NCBI RefSeq assembly: GCF_006345805.1
Contig: NC_042997.1
Coordinates: forward strand, 69,502,001-69,566,000
Length of the DNA: 64,000 nucleotides
Source: Octopus sinensis
Lineage: Eukaryota
Direction of reading: 5' to 3'
Shown: one piece after another, positions 1 through 13,367 of the stretch
Layout: every line of letters begins with the position of its first letter
How positions within the stretch are numbered: position 1 is the first letter of the stretch
The notes under the pieces: model-generated
What the model was told of the DNA's origin: nothing
Databases searched by the model: none
Seen by the model: only the letters and a program-made list of their open reading frames with translations
Position numbers and translations under genes: made by a program

Positions 1-340
1 TGTGTGTGTGTGTGTGTGTGTGTGTACAGAGAGACACGGAGACAGATAGACAAACAAACAGATAGATAGATAGATGCATGCATACATACATACATCCATA
101 CATACATATAAATATATATGTATATATATATATATATAAAGTTAATCCAAATATGAAAACACAACAACGCGAGGACGTGGAACAAATATAGTATTATTGG
201 ACGCTCAGGAAGGAAGGGAAGAAGGAGGGTTTAACGTTTCGAGCGGAGCTCTTCGTCAGAAACATAGGAAAAGGAAAGATCCAGAGAAGGGAAGACGGAG
301 GGAAAAAATCGCCAGCGGTACACACGCGGTCACATTTTGA

Positions 341-408
<68 letters not shown>

Positions 409-518
409 ACATACATGCATACATACATACATACTTATATACATACATGCATACATACATGCATACATACATACCACATACATACATACATGCATACATA
501 CATACATACATACATACA

Positions 519-550
<32 letters not shown>

Positions 551-592
551 CACATACATACATACATATATGTGTGTGCGCGTGTGTGTGTG
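1..592. repeat. Compound microsatellites (TG)n, (GATA)n, (CATA)n, (TA)n around a ~200-bp non-satellite insert
   Basis: Directly visible simple repeats; they produce the spurious MYVC/IHTY ORFs. Confidence 0.95.
229..263 (-). ncRNA. Minimal type-I hammerhead ribozyme-like motif (Penelope-type) within a short repeat at ~138-342
   Basis: Minus strand reads GTTT-CTGACGA-A-GAGC-TCC-GCTC-GAAAC-GTT-AAAC: CUGANGA and GAAA core boxes, 4-bp stem II, 4-bp stem I (GTTT/AAAC), palindromic AACGTT in place of stem III. Confidence 0.6.
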
Positions 593-799
593 AACAACAA
601 ATTCAAACTCCTGCGTGTACTGGTACTTTCCAGTTTCCTTTGCGCATGATAGACATGTATTATCATGTCAAAGAATCAAAGATTGAGAGCAACAGAAACT
701 GGAAGCAGCCGCAATGTTAAGCGTTTCTTACATGGTCCACAACAATAATGAGCAGATTTGCAAAACCATTCAACTTCACAGTAGTCCACTGAAGTTCTC

Positions 800-1118
800 T
801 GAGACTCCCTTCGGTCATGACTGACCATGGGATTGCACCTAGGAAGTAACCCTCCGAAGCACAAGTCCGAGCAAGGTTGTTTATGGAAGACCAGCAGTCG
901 CCCATGCATATCGACCTCCCCTCTCCATGCCACCAGTGTTATCCGATACAGCTTGGCACCTCTGACGTCGCAACTCATTTCTACAGCTGAGCGAACTGGA
1001 GCAACGTGAAATAAAGTGTCTTGCTCAAGAACGCAACACCCACCCCGTTCCGGGATTCGAACTCACAACCTCGCGATTGTAAGCTCGACGCTCTAACCAC
1101 TGAACCATGTGTCTTCAC
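800..1118 (-). mobile_element. tRNA-derived SINE (family 1)
   Basis: Minus-strand head TGGTTCAGTGGTTAGAGCG...GAGTTCGAATCCC (pol III A/B boxes); body similar to 12799-13135. Confidence 0.85.
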
Positions 1119-1811
1119 TACTGAAGATCTCACAATGTGAACAAAAGAAAAATGAGATAGTTTAGTTAGATAACAAGATCCAATGGCCTTAGTAGAACCA
1201 TCTTCAGCGTACCATGGAGAAATAAAGGTAGATAAAGGCAGAGCTGGACAGAAACATGAAGGAGTGAAATGGCAAGTTGTCAAAGATGTCCGCAGCTGTG
1301 GATACACCAGTAAACAAATCGAAAAACAAAAACTTATATATAATTTGTCTCGATGGAGTCCTGCGACATCATCGGAAGAAGGGGAGCCAAAACGAGACAA
1401 GTTCTAGATATTCTAAATATTGAACAATGTAGTTCTATATGACCCAATGATGAAGAAGTTTACTTCATAACCACGTAGTACCAGGTTCGATTCCATTGCG
1501 TGTATCCTTGAAAAGATGCAATTTACAACAGTCTCAAATTGACCAACACTTAAGCGAAAGTTGTGTAGAAGCCTGTCAATTCACCAAAGTACAAAGGAGT
1601 ATGATGTAAATATTGGTGGTGTTCTTCCATGTTCTTCAATATCTCCAACATTCAATTCAAACATTATTCTCTACTGACTCTTATCAAGTTGCTGAAATAA
1701 CACTATCTCCTACTCTCTCTCTTTCTCTACTCTTTATCTCTGTCCCATCTCTTTCCCATTCTCGTTTCTTAGCACACACACGCGCACGTGCTTGCGCACG
1801 CACATGTTTAT

Positions 1812-1853
<42 letters not shown>

Positions 1854-2519
1854 TCCTTCGTTTTTAAACGATATCACGAATCACAACTGTCTTCAAACAA
1901 AACAACTTGGTTTATTTTTAAAACATGGTGGCCTCTATTTTCAAACATTTACAAGCATGTTCTTTTCATTTCTGCTTAGCATTTTGTTTTTCAGCTCAAA
2001 CCGTCATTATTATTGTCTTTGGTAGTTTTCTTCTTCTTATTTTTCTTTCATTCAGTTATTTATTTGTCATTTTGTTTTCTCAGAGACAATATTTTCTGAG
2101 ACAAATTTATCTTACCTTAAATACAGCCAGGCATTCTTTCTTTCACCAAATTCTTATTCTTTTGCTTTTGTACTTTTTCATTTTCTTATTGGCCTTTTCT
2201 CATTTTCTCTTTCTCAGTTTTCCTCCTCTCTTCCCTCACTGGTGGTTTATCTATGCCTAGTTTCTTAATTCAGAATATTTCTTGGTAGATTTCTCTGGAG
2301 GTATCTTCGTTTCCTCTACGAGAGCGATTTTTTTATTTTCCAGTTATATATCAAAACACAGGCTTTGTTCTCTTTGCTCTCCCCATGTCTTTTCATACAT
2401 TAGGCACTCGTGGCCGATTATTCTTTATAGTTCAGTAGAATTCAAACCACTTTCTTATAAACACCGGCTGAAGAGACAATCAGTTGTCATAAAAGTATAT
2501 CTCTGAAGGATACCTATAT

Positions 2520-2912
2520 TCTTTCTTTTATTCTTTTACTTGCTCCAGTCTGCGGCCATGCTGGAGCACCACCTTAAGGGGGTTTAGTCGAACAAATCTA
2601 CCTCAGGACTTATTCTTTGTGAGCCTAGTACTTATTCTGTCTTTCTCGTTTGCCGAACCGCTAAGTTACGGAGACGTAACCAACAACGGTTTCTAAGTGA
2701 TGTGGAGGAGGGAGACAGACACAAACACACAAATACATACATTTACATATACAACGGGCTTCTTTCAGTTTCCGGTAACTAAATCCACTCGCAAGTCTTT
2801 CGTCGGCCTGGGGCTATGGTAGAAAACACTTACCCTAGGTGCACACAGTGAGACTGAACCCAGGATAATGTGGTTAGGAAACAAGCTTCTTACTACACAG
2901 CCACGCCTGCAC
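2520..2912 (-). mobile_element. tRNA-derived SINE (family 2)
   Basis: Minus-strand head GGCGTGGCTGTGTAGTAAGAAGCTTG...GGGTTCAGTC; similar to 7820-8180 and 12640-13350. Confidence 0.8.
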
Positions 2913-3105
2913 CTATTGCTTGTTTGAGATTCACTTTCGGCTTATTTTATCCTGAAAGACATTGGCCGTAGTTCGGACAATCGTGATTAATCGTAAAGAA
3001 CTTTTGGTGGATAAATGCATCGTTTACAAAAATTTATCTACTGTGTATAGTTTATGAGTATCTCACTACCTTGTATGTCGCGCTACCTGTGTGTGTGTTT
3101 GTGTG

Positions 3106-3145
<40 letters not shown>

Positions 3146-3241
3146 TGTATGTTTTCATGTATACATGTGTGTGTATGCATGTGTTACCATGTTTTCTTCA
3201 CTCTCTTTCTCTTTCTTTCTTTCTCTCTATGTCTGTCTTCT

Positions 3242-3279
<38 letters not shown>

Positions 3280-3593
3280 TCTCACTATTGCTCTACTTTT
3301 TTTAAAGTGTTATTTTCCCCCTTATTTACATTATTTACTGATAAATAACTCAAATGACAGTTATTTAGCGACATGAATAGAGCATTTGATATAATATCTT
3401 TTGATAATAAGTTAGATTCCGTGTTAATAAGTTAGATCCCACCAAGTTCTTTCTTCTGGAGTCGGTAAAATAAATTATCTAATAAGTTCTGATGTTGATC
3501 TAATCGAATACGCAACTCCATGAATTTGTCAACTTTTGTCTAATCGATATTTCTAAAATGTCTTTCTTTGATTCCCATGGTTTTAAACACCCC

Positions 3594-3630
<37 letters not shown>

Positions 3631-4144
3631 ATGTATGTATGTATGTATGTATGCATGTATGTATGTATGTATGCATGTATGTATGCATGCATGTGTGTAT
3701 ATATGTATGGATGTATCTTTTCTTCTCACTTACTCACTCCCTCACTCACTCACTCACTCAATCACTCACTCACTCAATCACTATCCTTCTTATTATTTAG
3801 CTAAGTCAATAAAAGTTTTCACATGAATTTACGTTATTGTTATAAAATTTCCATTTTCTTGGATTTCAAAGGAGAGAGGGCATGTTATTGATGAGTTAGC
3901 AAGCAACGATGAAATGACTTTGACAACCAAATGTTTGGTTGTTTAGCCAACAAATTAATTTGTTGGTTAAACAATCAAACAAACGATCGATTAGTCAGTT
4001 GGTTAGATATTTAACCAACTGACTAACAATAAAGATATTAGTTACAGAATTTAGCGAAAAGTTTAAAAGAATTGTCAGACAGAGAAATTACGATAAATGA
4101 TCATGTATGCATTTCAATTTTCGATGTTTTTATTTTAAGAATTA

Positions 4145-4533
4145 GGATCTTTACCTTTTGACCGACAGATTTAAAAAATAATTTTTGTAACTAAACACTT
4201 TCAAACTTCGTATACTTGTAGAATGTGTCACATAAAGCAGCTTTTACTCTTGACGTTGTTGAGAAAATTCTGTATTTTGGAAGTTATTTTTTGTTAAAGT
4301 TGTTGGAAGTTGTTGTTGACAAACAACAGCAGTAATTTTATTCAGCTGAATACACGTCATTGATTGGTTGAAATTACCGAAATATGACAACTTTAACAAA
4401 AAATAACTTCCAAAATACAGAATTTTCTCAACAACGCAAAGAGTAAAAGCTGTTCTACAAGTATACGAAGTTTGAAAGTGTTTTTTTACAAAAAAATTAT
4501 TTTTTAAATCTGTCGGTCAAAAGGTAAAGATCC
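4145..4533. mobile_element. MITE with long TIRs and 8-bp TSD (Merlin-like)
   Basis: Ends GGATCTTTACCTTTTGACCGACAGATTT... and ...AAATCTGTCGGTCAAAAGGTAAAGATCC; inverted identity extends over 100 bp; flanked by AAGAATTA at 4137-4144 and 4534-4541. GG termini with an 8-bp TSD fit Merlin. Confidence 0.85.
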
Positions 4534-4959
4534 AAGAATTATATTAGCTGGTTAATTTTAGAGTGATGATAGGTTAAGAAAAGAAGGCGATAAAACAATA
4601 GAGTAACGATGTTTTGGTTTTTATATGTGAGTTCAAACTCAGGAGACTCGGTGGTGTAGCTGTACTACTAAAAAGACAGGTTAGTCGTGGTTGGATTGCA
4701 TTGATAATAGGACAGCTCGATTAAGGTTGACATAGGGCTAAGCAACACATACTACAATACCAGCAAATACAGCAACACGAAGAAGAGAAGGGAAAGGAGA
4801 TAATGAGGAACTACCCCATTATCTCCTACTTCTCTCCTTACCTTTATGTTCATCTCCTCCTGCTCCTGCTCCTCCTACGTTTCCCTCTCTTTCCCCCGTT
4901 GTTAAAATATTCTATTGAAGAACATACACTGAAGTAGGCAAATAAATAAATAAATAAAT

Positions 4960-5015
<56 letters not shown>

Positions 5016-6084
5016 AGAAAGAAGAAGGAAGGAAAGGTATGTCATGTCACATTATAAAGAATAACACCGTCCACCACAATAACAACAGAAGTAGCGGCAG
5101 AAGTGGTAAGAATAAATCCGAGACAAAAACAAGAATATGTAAAAGAAAAAAGAAAAAACACGAAATCAAACCATTAAACAATTCAAAACAAAGAACATAA
5201 AAGAAGCAGAACACTAAATTAAACAAAAGTCAAGGTGTTTAGCGTCGTCACCGAAATCCTCAAAAGCCGATTCCAAACTACCCTAAACTGTCACTTCCTT
5301 CCCACTTTCAATGCCACCCGTCAACACGACCAGATATTTTGTTATCGTTCGATCGTCTGGACCATATGCGTGTGTGTGCGTATGTATGTGTGTGTGAGTG
5401 TGTGTGTGCATGTGTGTTTGTGTGTATGTCTGTGTGTCTGTGTGTGGGCTTGTGTCATAAGATGGATGTAATTATTACTGACTGGACGTTTAACGGTTTC
5501 GTGTCTTAAGAAAATAAAAACAATTTCGTTGCTGTTGCTGTTACTGCTGTTATTGCTGCTGCTGTTGTTGTTGTTATTGTCGTAATTTTGTCGTTGAATG
5601 GTGGTGGTGGTGGTGGTAGTGTATTGTTAGTATGGGGTCGGAGACAATGACTGTTGATATTGTTAGTGTAGTACTGTTAACACTAACGATGTTGGCGGTG
5701 TTGATGTTTATAGCATGTTGCTGTGAATACTGTGGTAGTTTAGCCCAGAGTTAGTACTGATCAGGCATATCTCTATTCAAAGGCATTCCAGCCATAACAG
5801 TCCAATCGTGTTTATAGCATGTTATATCTCGGACTACGTTTTTAAATGTGTCCTGATTTAAAAGCAGCGGATGTTTGGGGAAGAATGATTTTAACGCCGC
5901 TTAATGAGAGCAACAACAACAATCCGGACAACGAAAGGAGTTTCTCTCTATGATCGATCATGTGTGTGTGTGTACGTGTGCGTGCGTGTGTGTCTGTCTG
6001 CCTCTCTCTGCCCCTCTCCCCTTCTCTCTCCCTGCCCCTCTCCTCTTTCACTCTTTCTCTCTCTCTCTCTCTCTCTCCCTCTAA

Positions 6085-6280
6085 GCACCGGACAAGCTGC
6101 TTAGCGGCATTTCGTCCGTCTCTACGTCTTAAGTCCAAATTCCATCGAAGTTGACTTTAACTTTGCTTTTCATCCTTTCGGGGCCGATGAAAGAAATACC
6201 ACTTTACTACTGAAGTAGATTTAATCGACTTGGCCCCTTCCACGAAACTGCTGACCACGTGCCAAAATTTGAAAACATAA
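6085..6280 (+). mobile_element. Degenerate SINE (family 3) fragment
   Basis: Segment ...AAATTCC...GACTTT...GCTTTTCATCCTTTCGGGG...AATTTGAAA; degenerate relatives near 10670-10810 and 14385-14470. Confidence 0.5.
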
Positions 6281-6425
6281 CTAAACATAAAAGCAAACAC
6301 ATTCACTCACACACTTACATACATACATACATACATACATGCATACATACATATACATACATACATACATACATACATACATACATACATACATACATAC
6401 ATACATACATACATACATACATACA

Positions 6426-7248
6426 TTATTATGGCTGCTCCCTCGTTATCGAGTATGGCCATTGCACGAAGCTTAACTGTTACTGGTGCTGTGATCGAAT
6501 GTGACTTTTTAGCCCAGCTAAAGATCTACAATGTCTTGTACAAAATTGGCAACTAAAACCTTTACTGGTAATAGCCGGCTGTAGTTGTAACTGGACTTCA
6601 TGTACCTTTACATGTCGTTTAAGTCCTCCTGCCGAATTACACTCTCTTCCACATGCCCGACAGATATGATTAGTATGGTGTGTTACGCCACCCCCAGTGG
6701 CCAGGTTGTCACTCATCTGTCTCGTTTTATGACTACGAAGATGATTCATGAGTCCAGCTTTACTGAGGCAGGGTCTTGCACAGACATTGCATGTCAGAAT
6801 CAAAGGAAGACCCTTCCCTTCTGGAAGTGTAACAGCGATGCCCTTCCTGACATCCCTCCTTACTTTCTCATATGCAACTCGAGATTTCTCAAACGTGGCT
6901 GTCCCCCTCATGCACAATCCTTCTCCACCTGCTACGATCAATAGCTATGCCTTCCCATGTGTCAGGAGAGATGCAAACATCTCTTAAGGAAGCCTTCAGT
7001 AAGTCCTTATACCTCTTTTTTGGTTTATGTGGAGGTCGTTCTCCTTTAACTAACTCTCCATAAAAGAGTTGTTTTGTCATCCTTGAATCCTTCATTCTGA
7101 CCAATTGACCACTCCATCTGAGCCTTTGCTTTAACACAAGATCTTCTATACGTTCACACCGAGAACCTTCGAGTATTTCAAGATCACTGATGCGGTCCTT
7201 CCACTTAATGCTATAGATCCGTCTGAGGCACATCTGATGGAAACGTTC
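6426..7248 (-). mobile_element. 5'-truncated RTE-clade LINE 3' fragment with three C2H2 zinc fingers
   Basis: Translation ERFHQMCLRRIYSIKWKDRISD...RLRWSGQLVRMKDSRMTKQLFYGEL...DRSRWR is a typical RTE post-RT region. After a frameshift come three CxxC...H...H fingers. Flanked on both sides by (CATA)n. Confidence 0.85.
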
Positions 7249-7352
7249 CATACATACATACATACATACATACATACATACATACATACATACATACATA
7301 CATACATACATACATACATACATACATACATACATACATACATAAATAAATA

Positions 7353-7399
<47 letters not shown>

Positions 7400-7402
<3 letters not shown>

Positions 7403-7779
7403 TATATAAAATCCGTTCTGTCTGTCTGTGTGTGTGTGTCTTCTCAGATCTCGGGCATCCTCCATCCGATTGCGCTCAAATTTGATATGTATATACCGAC
7501 GGTATCAGGGCGTGTATAAGTCTTTAAAAAATTACAAAAATCGATTCCAGGTGAGCATGCGATCGATAAAGCTGTTTTTGTCCTGCTTTTCTTCCGTCAA
7601 CCTGTACATAACTGCACCTTCCATTTTTTGTTGTTTTTGTATTGCTTAAAGGCACGTTTCTTTCCTGCCAAACTTACTGTTTAAACCTATGGGACGGTCG
7701 GACAAGTTGTTTCGAAAATATTTGGTTTAAATGTTTAACAACTCAGCACCGTCCATTGGACGGGGGGTGGCGTTTTCTC

Positions 7780-7780
<1 letters not shown>
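7400..7780 (+). mobile_element. Non-autonomous Helitron (microsatellite-bearing)
   Basis: Starts A|TCTTATATAAAATCC followed by (CTGT)n/(GT)n; ends with the perfect hairpin CCGTCCATTGGACGG (7749-7763) and CTCG|T (variant of CTAG); inserted in (TA)n. Confidence 0.7.
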
Positions 7781-7819
<39 letters not shown>

Positions 7820-7822
<3 letters not shown>

Positions 7823-8180
7823 TCTACTTGTTTTAGTCATATGACTGCAGCCATGCCGGCGCACCGCTTTGAACGGTTTTTACCGGACAAATCCACCCCA
7901 GGACATTTTTGTAAGCCTAGCACTTATTCAATTGGTCTCTTTTGCTGAATCGCTCAGCTACGGGGACTTGAACACACCAACACCGGCTATCAAGAGCTGA
8001 TGGGCGGGAAAAACGCACACAAATATACGACGGGCTTCTTTCAGTTTCCGTCTACCAAATCCACTCACAAGGGTTTGGTCGGCCCGAGGCTATAGTAGAA
8101 GACACTTTCCCAAGGTGCCACGCAGTGGGACTGAACCTGGTACTATGTGGTCGGGAAGCAAGCTTCTTACTACATAGCAC
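7820..8180 (-). mobile_element. tRNA-derived SINE (family 2)
   Basis: Collinear similarity to 2520-2912 (GGGCTTCTTTCAGTTTCCG, CAGTGGGACTGAACC, AAGCTTCTTACTAC). Confidence 0.85.
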
Positions 8181-9482
8181 ACTGAGAATATATTTAACTT
8201 GGCGCTCTACTATTTGATTTTGATAGTTTTAGCTTTGAGTCTTTCTGCTCAGCACATTAAGTGACAAGTTTCTTCCACAGGGTTTGGACATCTACTACTC
8301 TTGAGCATCCATTCTATGCAATTTTCATAGTCACCTTGAAATGTCCCTCACCAAGTGGTCTTTGGGCTGGTCCTTTTACACTTGATGTCAGGTGGTTCAC
8401 AAATTATGCCTATATTCGCATGCCGTTGAACAGCTTGACAGAGAATGTGGCCAACCTGGCTACATCATAGCTTTGATGCAACCTTTTGCAGTGATCGTGA
8501 CCTTCTTCATCTCAGAATCTTATCTGTGACGATTAATACTATTTTAACACTAAAAAAGAGTGGGGAGGGTTAGTATAGTCACAAAAGCCATACATTTTCC
8601 TTTGAGGAAACAGGCGCTAAGTTCTATCCCAATACTTTACAGGTACTTATATTAACGATCATAGAACAACGAGAAACGAAATCCAGCCTTGGTGAGATAT
8701 GAAGTTAAAATGGTACGTGAAAAAACACTAGCATAGGCAGAACAACGAATGCTTATAGAATATAAACAATACGCTAGTGGTTGTCATGTTTAACCCGAAC
8801 TGAGCTCTGATCAAATGGATCAGCCTCGACCATCACATATTTTAATTCAGGTTCACATTTTCAATGAAAAGGACAAAAGAAATTATACGTGATCTAGCTG
8901 CTAGTTCTGTGGGTGTTAACTCTAGCTCAATACTAATCTAACAAACCTATGATCAACAAATTCTCCTCCTAACCATCCCAGTTTTCTTTCCTTTGTGCGG
9001 GTGAACTCAGAGATTATGGCAGTTGATGGTAGCAGTGCCATTTATCACTAGATTGCGCCTGAACTCCCCATTATTTTCATACACATTATCAAATGCACAC
9101 TTTTTAAGATATTAGGATGTAATCTAAGGGAGACTGTGATTTTAGAGTATCAGTAACAGCAAATATGCGTTCCTACAAAAGCCAACGAAAAAACTTGATC
9201 TAGTACAAATAGCATTCAAACCTCCATTTGATTGTGTATTCTCTGATGCATTAAGCTTAAAGAAAAATGAATGTATATTACCGAAAGGTTCAGAAATGGT
9301 GTATCCTCAAGCAAAACGGATTTAATTATCGAAATCTGCATCCCAAGGAGAAGGTTTTCGGTAAATGGTAATAAAAAATATAATTTGATGCGAGAAATAA
9401 CTAAAATATCAGATCGCCAAATTCCTTCTCTGTATCTTTCCTGTCTGTCTATCTTTCTATCTGTATTTTACGCTCCCCCGCC

Positions 9483-9522
<40 letters not shown>

Positions 9523-12500
9523 TACATTCCCTCTCACCTTTTTCTCTGTATATGTATATCTCTCACGCATACAGCTTCCCCACATTACATGTAACTGGTT
9601 TCATTTTGTTTAAAACTTCGTAGTCGTAGTGCGTTTGCATTCGTTTAGTGATAGACAGCTATCGCGCAGAAAATACTAGCTTCCAGATCTTGTTTTCTGA
9701 TTAGGTAAAAATTATTTAACTTTAAACAGTTGTAATATTTTTCTAAAAATTTTCTGGATTGTATGAATCGCAAAATCCGATTCAGTGTGAAAAATTACAT
9801 CAATATATCAATTTGAAAATTATGACTTAACTTTAAGAATTTGAAAATCTGTGACACCAGCAGCAGAAAAGATCTCCACTCTATTTGTCTCTCTGACTTT
9901 TACACACTTCTCACTAAACTTTTCTCCCTCTCTAAATTTATTTATTACACTCTCTAATTTTTAACTATATATGTATATATCTCACACTGATTTATGTATG
10001 TTTGAATATGTGTGTGTGTACATGTGTGTATGTCAGTGTGTGCGTATGCCTCTGTGTAGAGAATTTCATTTGGGCGACACAAATGAAAGTCTCTCAGAGA
10101 GCATCAACAGTGAGTTCAGGAGACACTCGACAGAAAGAATAGACTCAATGATATACGAACACGAACCTCCATTGCATGGTTTCATGAGACTCCCGAGCAT
10201 AGGATGCATCGATTAGAACCTCTGTAAATGATGCACACAAGAGCCTCTGTAAATGATGTTCCATTTCAGTTCAAATAATTTTGATTTCCAGTGAGTCTTA
10301 GTTTTGCCATGCCCATCAACAGATCATAAGGTTAAACATTTTCGGTTGTCGGATTATACCTTGAAAAGCCCTACTTCTTCGATACATATATAAAGCTTCG
10401 ATCAAAAGTGGAACCCCCACGAGGATGCTTGATATGCAAAAAGTACTGACAAGATTTCCCATAAATTACTGTTTGCTGCCCCAACGTATTCCTAAATATA
10501 TTTTTTCTGAAGAAAATTAGGATAATCTCTGAGCTTGAACTTATTTGTCGGTGGTTTTGGTCGATCAGAGCTGACGTGGAGCTAAACAAAAATAATAGAA
10601 ACAACAACCTTTACAAAGCTGATTGCTAGGGCCTAAACCTTAAGGTAGGGTATTGGTAGATTCAACAGAGTGTCAGACAATGACAGACATTGATTTGTGA
10701 TATTTGTTTCGGCTCATTATGTTCTGAACTCCCTCCAATCTCAGCTTTGCATTTTAGCATTCTAGAGTCAATTAAACACCAGCCAAAAGCCATGACCTTG
10801 TGGAATTATCAGAGAACTGATAAAAATTCATGACGGATTTGACTCAAAACCTTATGTTCTCCGATTTGTATCTTTTTCCTAACCGTTTAGTCTGTGACTG
10901 ATGGACCATGATTCTTGGTTTCTTTAATTTTTTTTTCTCCAGAGCCTTCAATCCAACAATGGTTAGAAAAAGTGAAGTGGTTAGAAAAAGTAAACCGGAG
11001 AACTAACCAGAGCGCTTGCAACATACTGAACTCCGCTAAAGGCACCAAAGAAACAAATGAAGATATTACACTGGGCGGCAGGCTAAGTCTGCCTCTGAAG
11101 AACTCAGAAGGCAAAGAACCGGAATAGATACTGTAAGGCATCTCGTCCTACGCTCCAATCCATCCCTCCGGACAGATACTTTTATCGACCTGTAGTTTCA
11201 TTCTCCCAAAGTCACAAACAATTACCCCTATATTTTTGTCTTCCTTTTCCAACCATTTCAATTAACTAGAAAGTTTTTATGTATCTCATTCGGTACATGA
11301 CCTCATAATTTATCTATCTGGATCTATGCTATTTGGCCACTTGAGTTATTACTTGCTAAAATTCCCCTGTATTTCTTTATATGTAAAAAAAAAAAAACAT
11401 CGTTGATTGATCAAAGTAGGTTTGACGGACTGTGGTGAGCTGATGACGTTCAATAAAATCGAAACATGTTCCGAGTTATCTCTTCTAACACGCAAAATAA
11501 TTTTATGAAAATCCTTTTTAATATCTTGAAAGCGTTTCCCCTTTGATCACAGAGTCACTAACCGTTATCGAAAATTTTCTTTCTTCGGCTAAGAGGGAAA
11601 TTGAGAATATTTTGAGCACGTGGGTCAGTAATGATATCTTAATTAGCTAAATTTGTACCAATATATACAAAGAGTTCTGGAAATGATAAAACATCAGGCC
11701 AGCCCTCATCGAGCATAAAAAACCTTCCAGCACTAACCAACTCGTCTTACAGTGTATCTACGATTATATTATTCAATGTTTCCTCCTTTCAGTTATAAAT
11801 CAAATTGATTTTGATTTGAAGATGTAACTGTTGTTTCTTTTATAAGCGACTCTATAGAGGCTCCCGCACTGACACTTTCCTCCGTAGGATCAAGCTGATA
11901 AAGGAACTATCAACATCGTTGTTACTTCGCTCAATGTCGTTCCACTGTTAGTCAAGTTTTCACTTTTCCCTCTGGCACTGAGCATCTGTGACCATCGCAT
12001 TGTGCAATACATTCTTTTTGCATAACAATGGATTGTGTGATTAAAGAGAAATTTAGCTGCAATTTCTAGCAGACCTAGTGACCACGTACAAGTTTGCCAC
12101 GTTGTCCCCATGGTAGTAGTGTTGATATTGTTACTGGAGATGGATTCCCGTGGTATAGATTACATTTGGTCCAAATCGCCAGCCTTGAAAAAACAAAAAA
12201 GAGCAAGTGTTAAATGAAAGTAAAACAAAACAAAACTTCTTAAAATAATAAAATAAAAAACTTAACAAAAGCAGCCATTGAAAAACCAAAAAAAAAAAAT
12301 GCGAAATAGAAAACAAACAAATACTTCACAAGTATAAACATCATGTTGCTTGGACAATAACATTCCCGCCGCACATACTCCTCGTGTTCTTCTCTTTACA
12401 ACGGTATTGGCGGTGCTGCTGAAGTACTGTTGCTGTTGTTATTGCTACTGATGCTATTGCTGCTGTTTCTGTCCGGATCAGCCCTGATGGAGCAAATCAG

Positions 12501-12639
12501 TTATCAAAAGCAGTCCATGTCTGTGTGCTAGCCCGAATAGTTTACTGCTTTGCTTTCTATATATTCTGCATATGATTAGTATTGCTAGCAGGACTGGCAT
12601 ACACCCACGTTGGTGTTTCTTTATGATGACTAGATTGTG

Positions 12640-13350
12640 AGGCATGGCTGAGTGGTGAAGCAGTTCGCTTTGAAACCATATGCATTCGGGTTCAGTTCCA
12701 CTGCGAGGCACTTTGGGTAAGTGTCTTTTACTATAGCCTCGGGCCGACCAGATCCTTGTGAGTGGATATGGTAAACGGAAACTGAAGAAGTGTGTGTGTG
12801 AAGGCGAATGGCTCAGTGGTTAGAGCATCGAGTTTACAATCATATAGTTGTGAATTCGATTTCTGGACCGGGCTGTGTGTTGTGTTCTTGAGCGAGACAC
12901 TTTATTTCACGTTGCTCCAGTTTATTGTAGAAATGAGTTGCGACTTCACTGGTGCCAAGCTGTATCGGCCTTTGCCTTTCCCTTGCATAATATTGGTGGC
13001 GTGGAAATGGAAGGGTGGTATGCATGGGTTACTTCTGATCTTCCATAAACAACCTTGCCCAGACTTGTGTCTAGGAGGGGAACTTTCTAGGTGCAATCTC
13101 ATCGTCATTCGTGTCCGAAGGGATGCTTTACCTTTATATGTGTGTGTTGCCGCTTGGCAACCGGTGCGGTGAGTTTATGTCCCTGTAACTTAGTGGTTCG
13201 GCAAAGGAAACATAGAATAAGTACCAGGGGAGAACTCCCCCGCCGCAAAAAAAACACATAAGTACTTGTGTGATTCGTTCGACAAAAATTACTCGAGGCG
13301 ATGCCCCCGCTTGGCTGCAGTCTAATGACTCAAGTAAAATGTAAAAGATA
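12640..13350 (+). mobile_element. SINE family 2 interrupted by a family-1 SINE
   Basis: Head GGCATGGCTGAGTGGT...GGGTTCAGTTCC at 12640; the body resumes at ~13140 after the insert. Confidence 0.8.
12799..13135 (+). mobile_element. tRNA-derived SINE (family 1), nested
   Basis: TGGCTCAGTGGTTAGAGCATCG...GAATTCGATTTC head; reverse-complement homolog of 800-1118. Confidence 0.85.
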
Positions 13351-13367
13351 AACGATAATAGATTAGA

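Noticed and set aside
194-720. ORFs made of MYVC/IHTY/YI repeats (also near 3.1, 3.6, 7.2, 20.6 kb)
   Set aside because: Translations of microsatellites; no coding signal.
11436-11475. Second hammerhead-like motif CTGATGA...GAAACATGT
   Set aside because: Stems I and II do not pair convincingly; at best a decayed relic.
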